Positions 62,580-64,000 of a DNA stretch of 64,000 bases are shown here, one piece after another (within the stretch, counting starts at the first letter, position 1; every line of letters starts with the position of its first letter). The notes below the pieces were generated by a model. That model saw only the letters and a list, made by a program, of their open reading frames with translations. It was not told the origin of the DNA and did not search any database. Source of the DNA: Candidatus Omnitrophota bacterium (lineage in GTDB: Bacteria; Omnitrophota; Gorgyraeia; Zapsychrales; Aceulaceae); NCBI GenBank assembly GCA_029564765.1, contig JAKQPK010000050.1:210977-274976 (forward strand). The letters run 5' to 3'. The position numbers were made by a program, and so were the translations under genes.

Positions 62580-64000
62580 ATGCAACCAAAAACAATTAGA
62601 GCAAAAATCAACGGTAAAAATATTCGCGTGCCTGCGGGGTTAAGCATCCTGGATGCTGCCAAGCAAGCACAGATCAAGATCCCGACTCTCTGCAAGCACC
62701 CAGACCTGCCTGCCACAGCGGCCTGTGGGCTATGTATCGTCAAGATCAAAGACTCTAAAAAACTTTTACGGTCTTGCTGTACAACCCTTGAAGAAGGCAT
62801 GGATATCATTACCCACGATCCTGAAATCGTGGAAGTGCGCAAAACCGTTCTTGAACTCATCCTCTCTAACCATCCTAATGACTGCTTGCAGTGCGGCCGA
62901 AGCTATTATTGTGAGCTTCAGAAACTGACAGCAGATTTCGCGATCCAAGAAGAGCTTTTCGAGAAGATCGTTAAAAACAAGACAAAAGATACATCGACTA
63001 AAAGTATTGTTCTGGAGCCTGCCAAGTGTATCCGTTGCGGCCGATGCGTTGAAGTCTGCCAGCAGATCCAGGATGTTTGGGCCTTAGGATTCTTGTCCCG
63101 TGGCATCAACATGCGCATCGCTCCAGCCGGAGATCTGGAAACTGCTAATATCAACCTCGCAGAATCACCTTGCGTACGCTGCGGACAATGCTCAGCGCAT
63201 TGCCCGACCGGTGCTATTTTTGAATACGATCAGACAGAAACGACATGGGCTAAACTCCGCGATGAGAACAATTATTGTGTCGCCCAGATCGCGCCCGCAG
63301 TACGTGTGGCTATCGGTGAAAGCTTCGGATACCCCATCGGGACCAATCTGACCAAAAAGCTTTACGCGGTCTTACGTCGTTTAGGATTTAAGGCGGTATT
63401 CGATACCAACTTTGGCGCTGACGTGACGATTGTGGAAGAAGCTACAGAATTTGTTCAGCGCTTCGCTCACAAAAAAGGGCCTTTACCCCTGATCACAAGC
63501 TGCTGCCCCTCCTGGGTGGATTTTATGGAAAAATATATCCACGGCGCCATTGATCTTTTTTCCTCGTGTAAATCCCCCCATGAGATGGTCGGAGCCTTAG
63601 CTAAAACATATTTTGCCGAGAAAAATAAGATCGATCCCAAGCGCATCTGCGTGGTATCCATTATGCCATGCACATCCAAGAAATTCGAGATCATCCGCTC
63701 ACAAGAGATGTTCTCTTCCGGACAGCAAGATGTCGATCTGTCGCTCACAACGCGAGAGTTGGCCCGCATGATCCGCCAAGCTGGTATTGATTTTAAGAAC
63801 CTTCCAGATGAAGAACCTGATCATATCTTAGGGGATTACGCGGGAGGTGGAACGATCTTTGGCACCACGGGAGGCGTTATGGAGGCTGCCTTGAGAACCG
63901 CTTACAATATGATCACGGGTGAGAACTTGAAGAATGTCGAGATCGATATCGTACGCGGGCTACAAAGGGTCAAGGAAGGAACCATTGATATCAAGGGAAC
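62580..64000 (+). CDS. hydA: [FeFe]-hydrogenase catalytic subunit (copy 2), runs off the window
   Basis: Hand translation MQPKTIRAKING...IPTLC...HPNDCLQC...CIRCGRC...TSCCPSW...MPCTSKKFE; absent from the ORF track because there is no stop in the window. Confidence 0.95.
   Translation, partial: MQPKTIRAKINGKNIRVPAGLSILDAAKQAQIKIPTLCKHPDLPATAACGLCIVKIKDSKKLLRSCCTTLEEGMDIITHDPEIVEVRKTVLELILSNHPNDCLQCGRSYYCELQKLTADFAIQEELFEKIVKNKTKDTSTKSIVLEPAKCIRCGRCVEVCQQIQDVWALGFLSRGINMRIAPAGDLETANINLAESPCVRCGQCSAHCPTGAIFEYDQTETTWAKLRDENNYCVAQIAPAVRVAIGESFGYPIGTNLTKKLYAVLRRLGFKAVFDTNFGADVTIVEEATEFVQRFAHKKGPLPLITSCCPSWVDFMEKYIHGAIDLFSSCKSPHEMVGALAKTYFAEKNKIDPKRICVVSIMPCTSKKFEIIRSQEMFSSGQQDVDLSLTTRELARMIRQAGIDFKNLPDEEPDHILGDYAGGGTIFGTTGGVMEAALRTAYNMITGENLKNVEIDIVRGLQRVKEGTIDIKG

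Overview
Bacterial chromosome segment from an anaerobe, most likely a diderm Candidatus Omnitrophota (OP3). The taxonomy is inferred from the giant modular proteins and gene content and was not checked. All genes from 1 to 59192 are on the minus strand; a divergent hydrogenase operon starts at 59354. Contents in order: envelope/housekeeping genes (YqeY, DUF167, YgjP-like, two PilZ proteins, AsmA, an AmrB-AmrA fusion); pyruvate:ferredoxin oxidoreductase; an ECF sigma / zinc-finger-vWA pair; NrdR-controlled class III ribonucleotide reductase; an oxidative-stress operon (rubredoxin, FprA, PerR-like, rubrerythrin, ferritin); an ArsR-controlled MMPL/LolA-like/beta-barrel operon; and an [FeFe]-hydrogenase island (two HydABC sets, HydEFG, Rex, kinase/PHP/DRTGG module). 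The most striking system is a pair of paralogous giant exported proteins (2517 and 1885 aa). They share a signal peptide, a ~350-aa N-cap and a ~65-aa GGID...NLPLxLG C-cap, but carry unrelated strings of normally cytoplasmic enzyme cargo (PEP synthase; methyltransferases; a putative Cys-His-Asp domain) separated by SS[A/P][I/V/L]-type linkers. The same N-cap loop in each gene holds a short-period inverted-repeat element that also occurs intergenically in this window. A riboswitch-like terminator/antiterminator leader that I cannot assign to a known class precedes the TM1266-hydF-hydG-hydE maturase genes. No rRNA, tRNA, CRISPR array or transposase was recognised.
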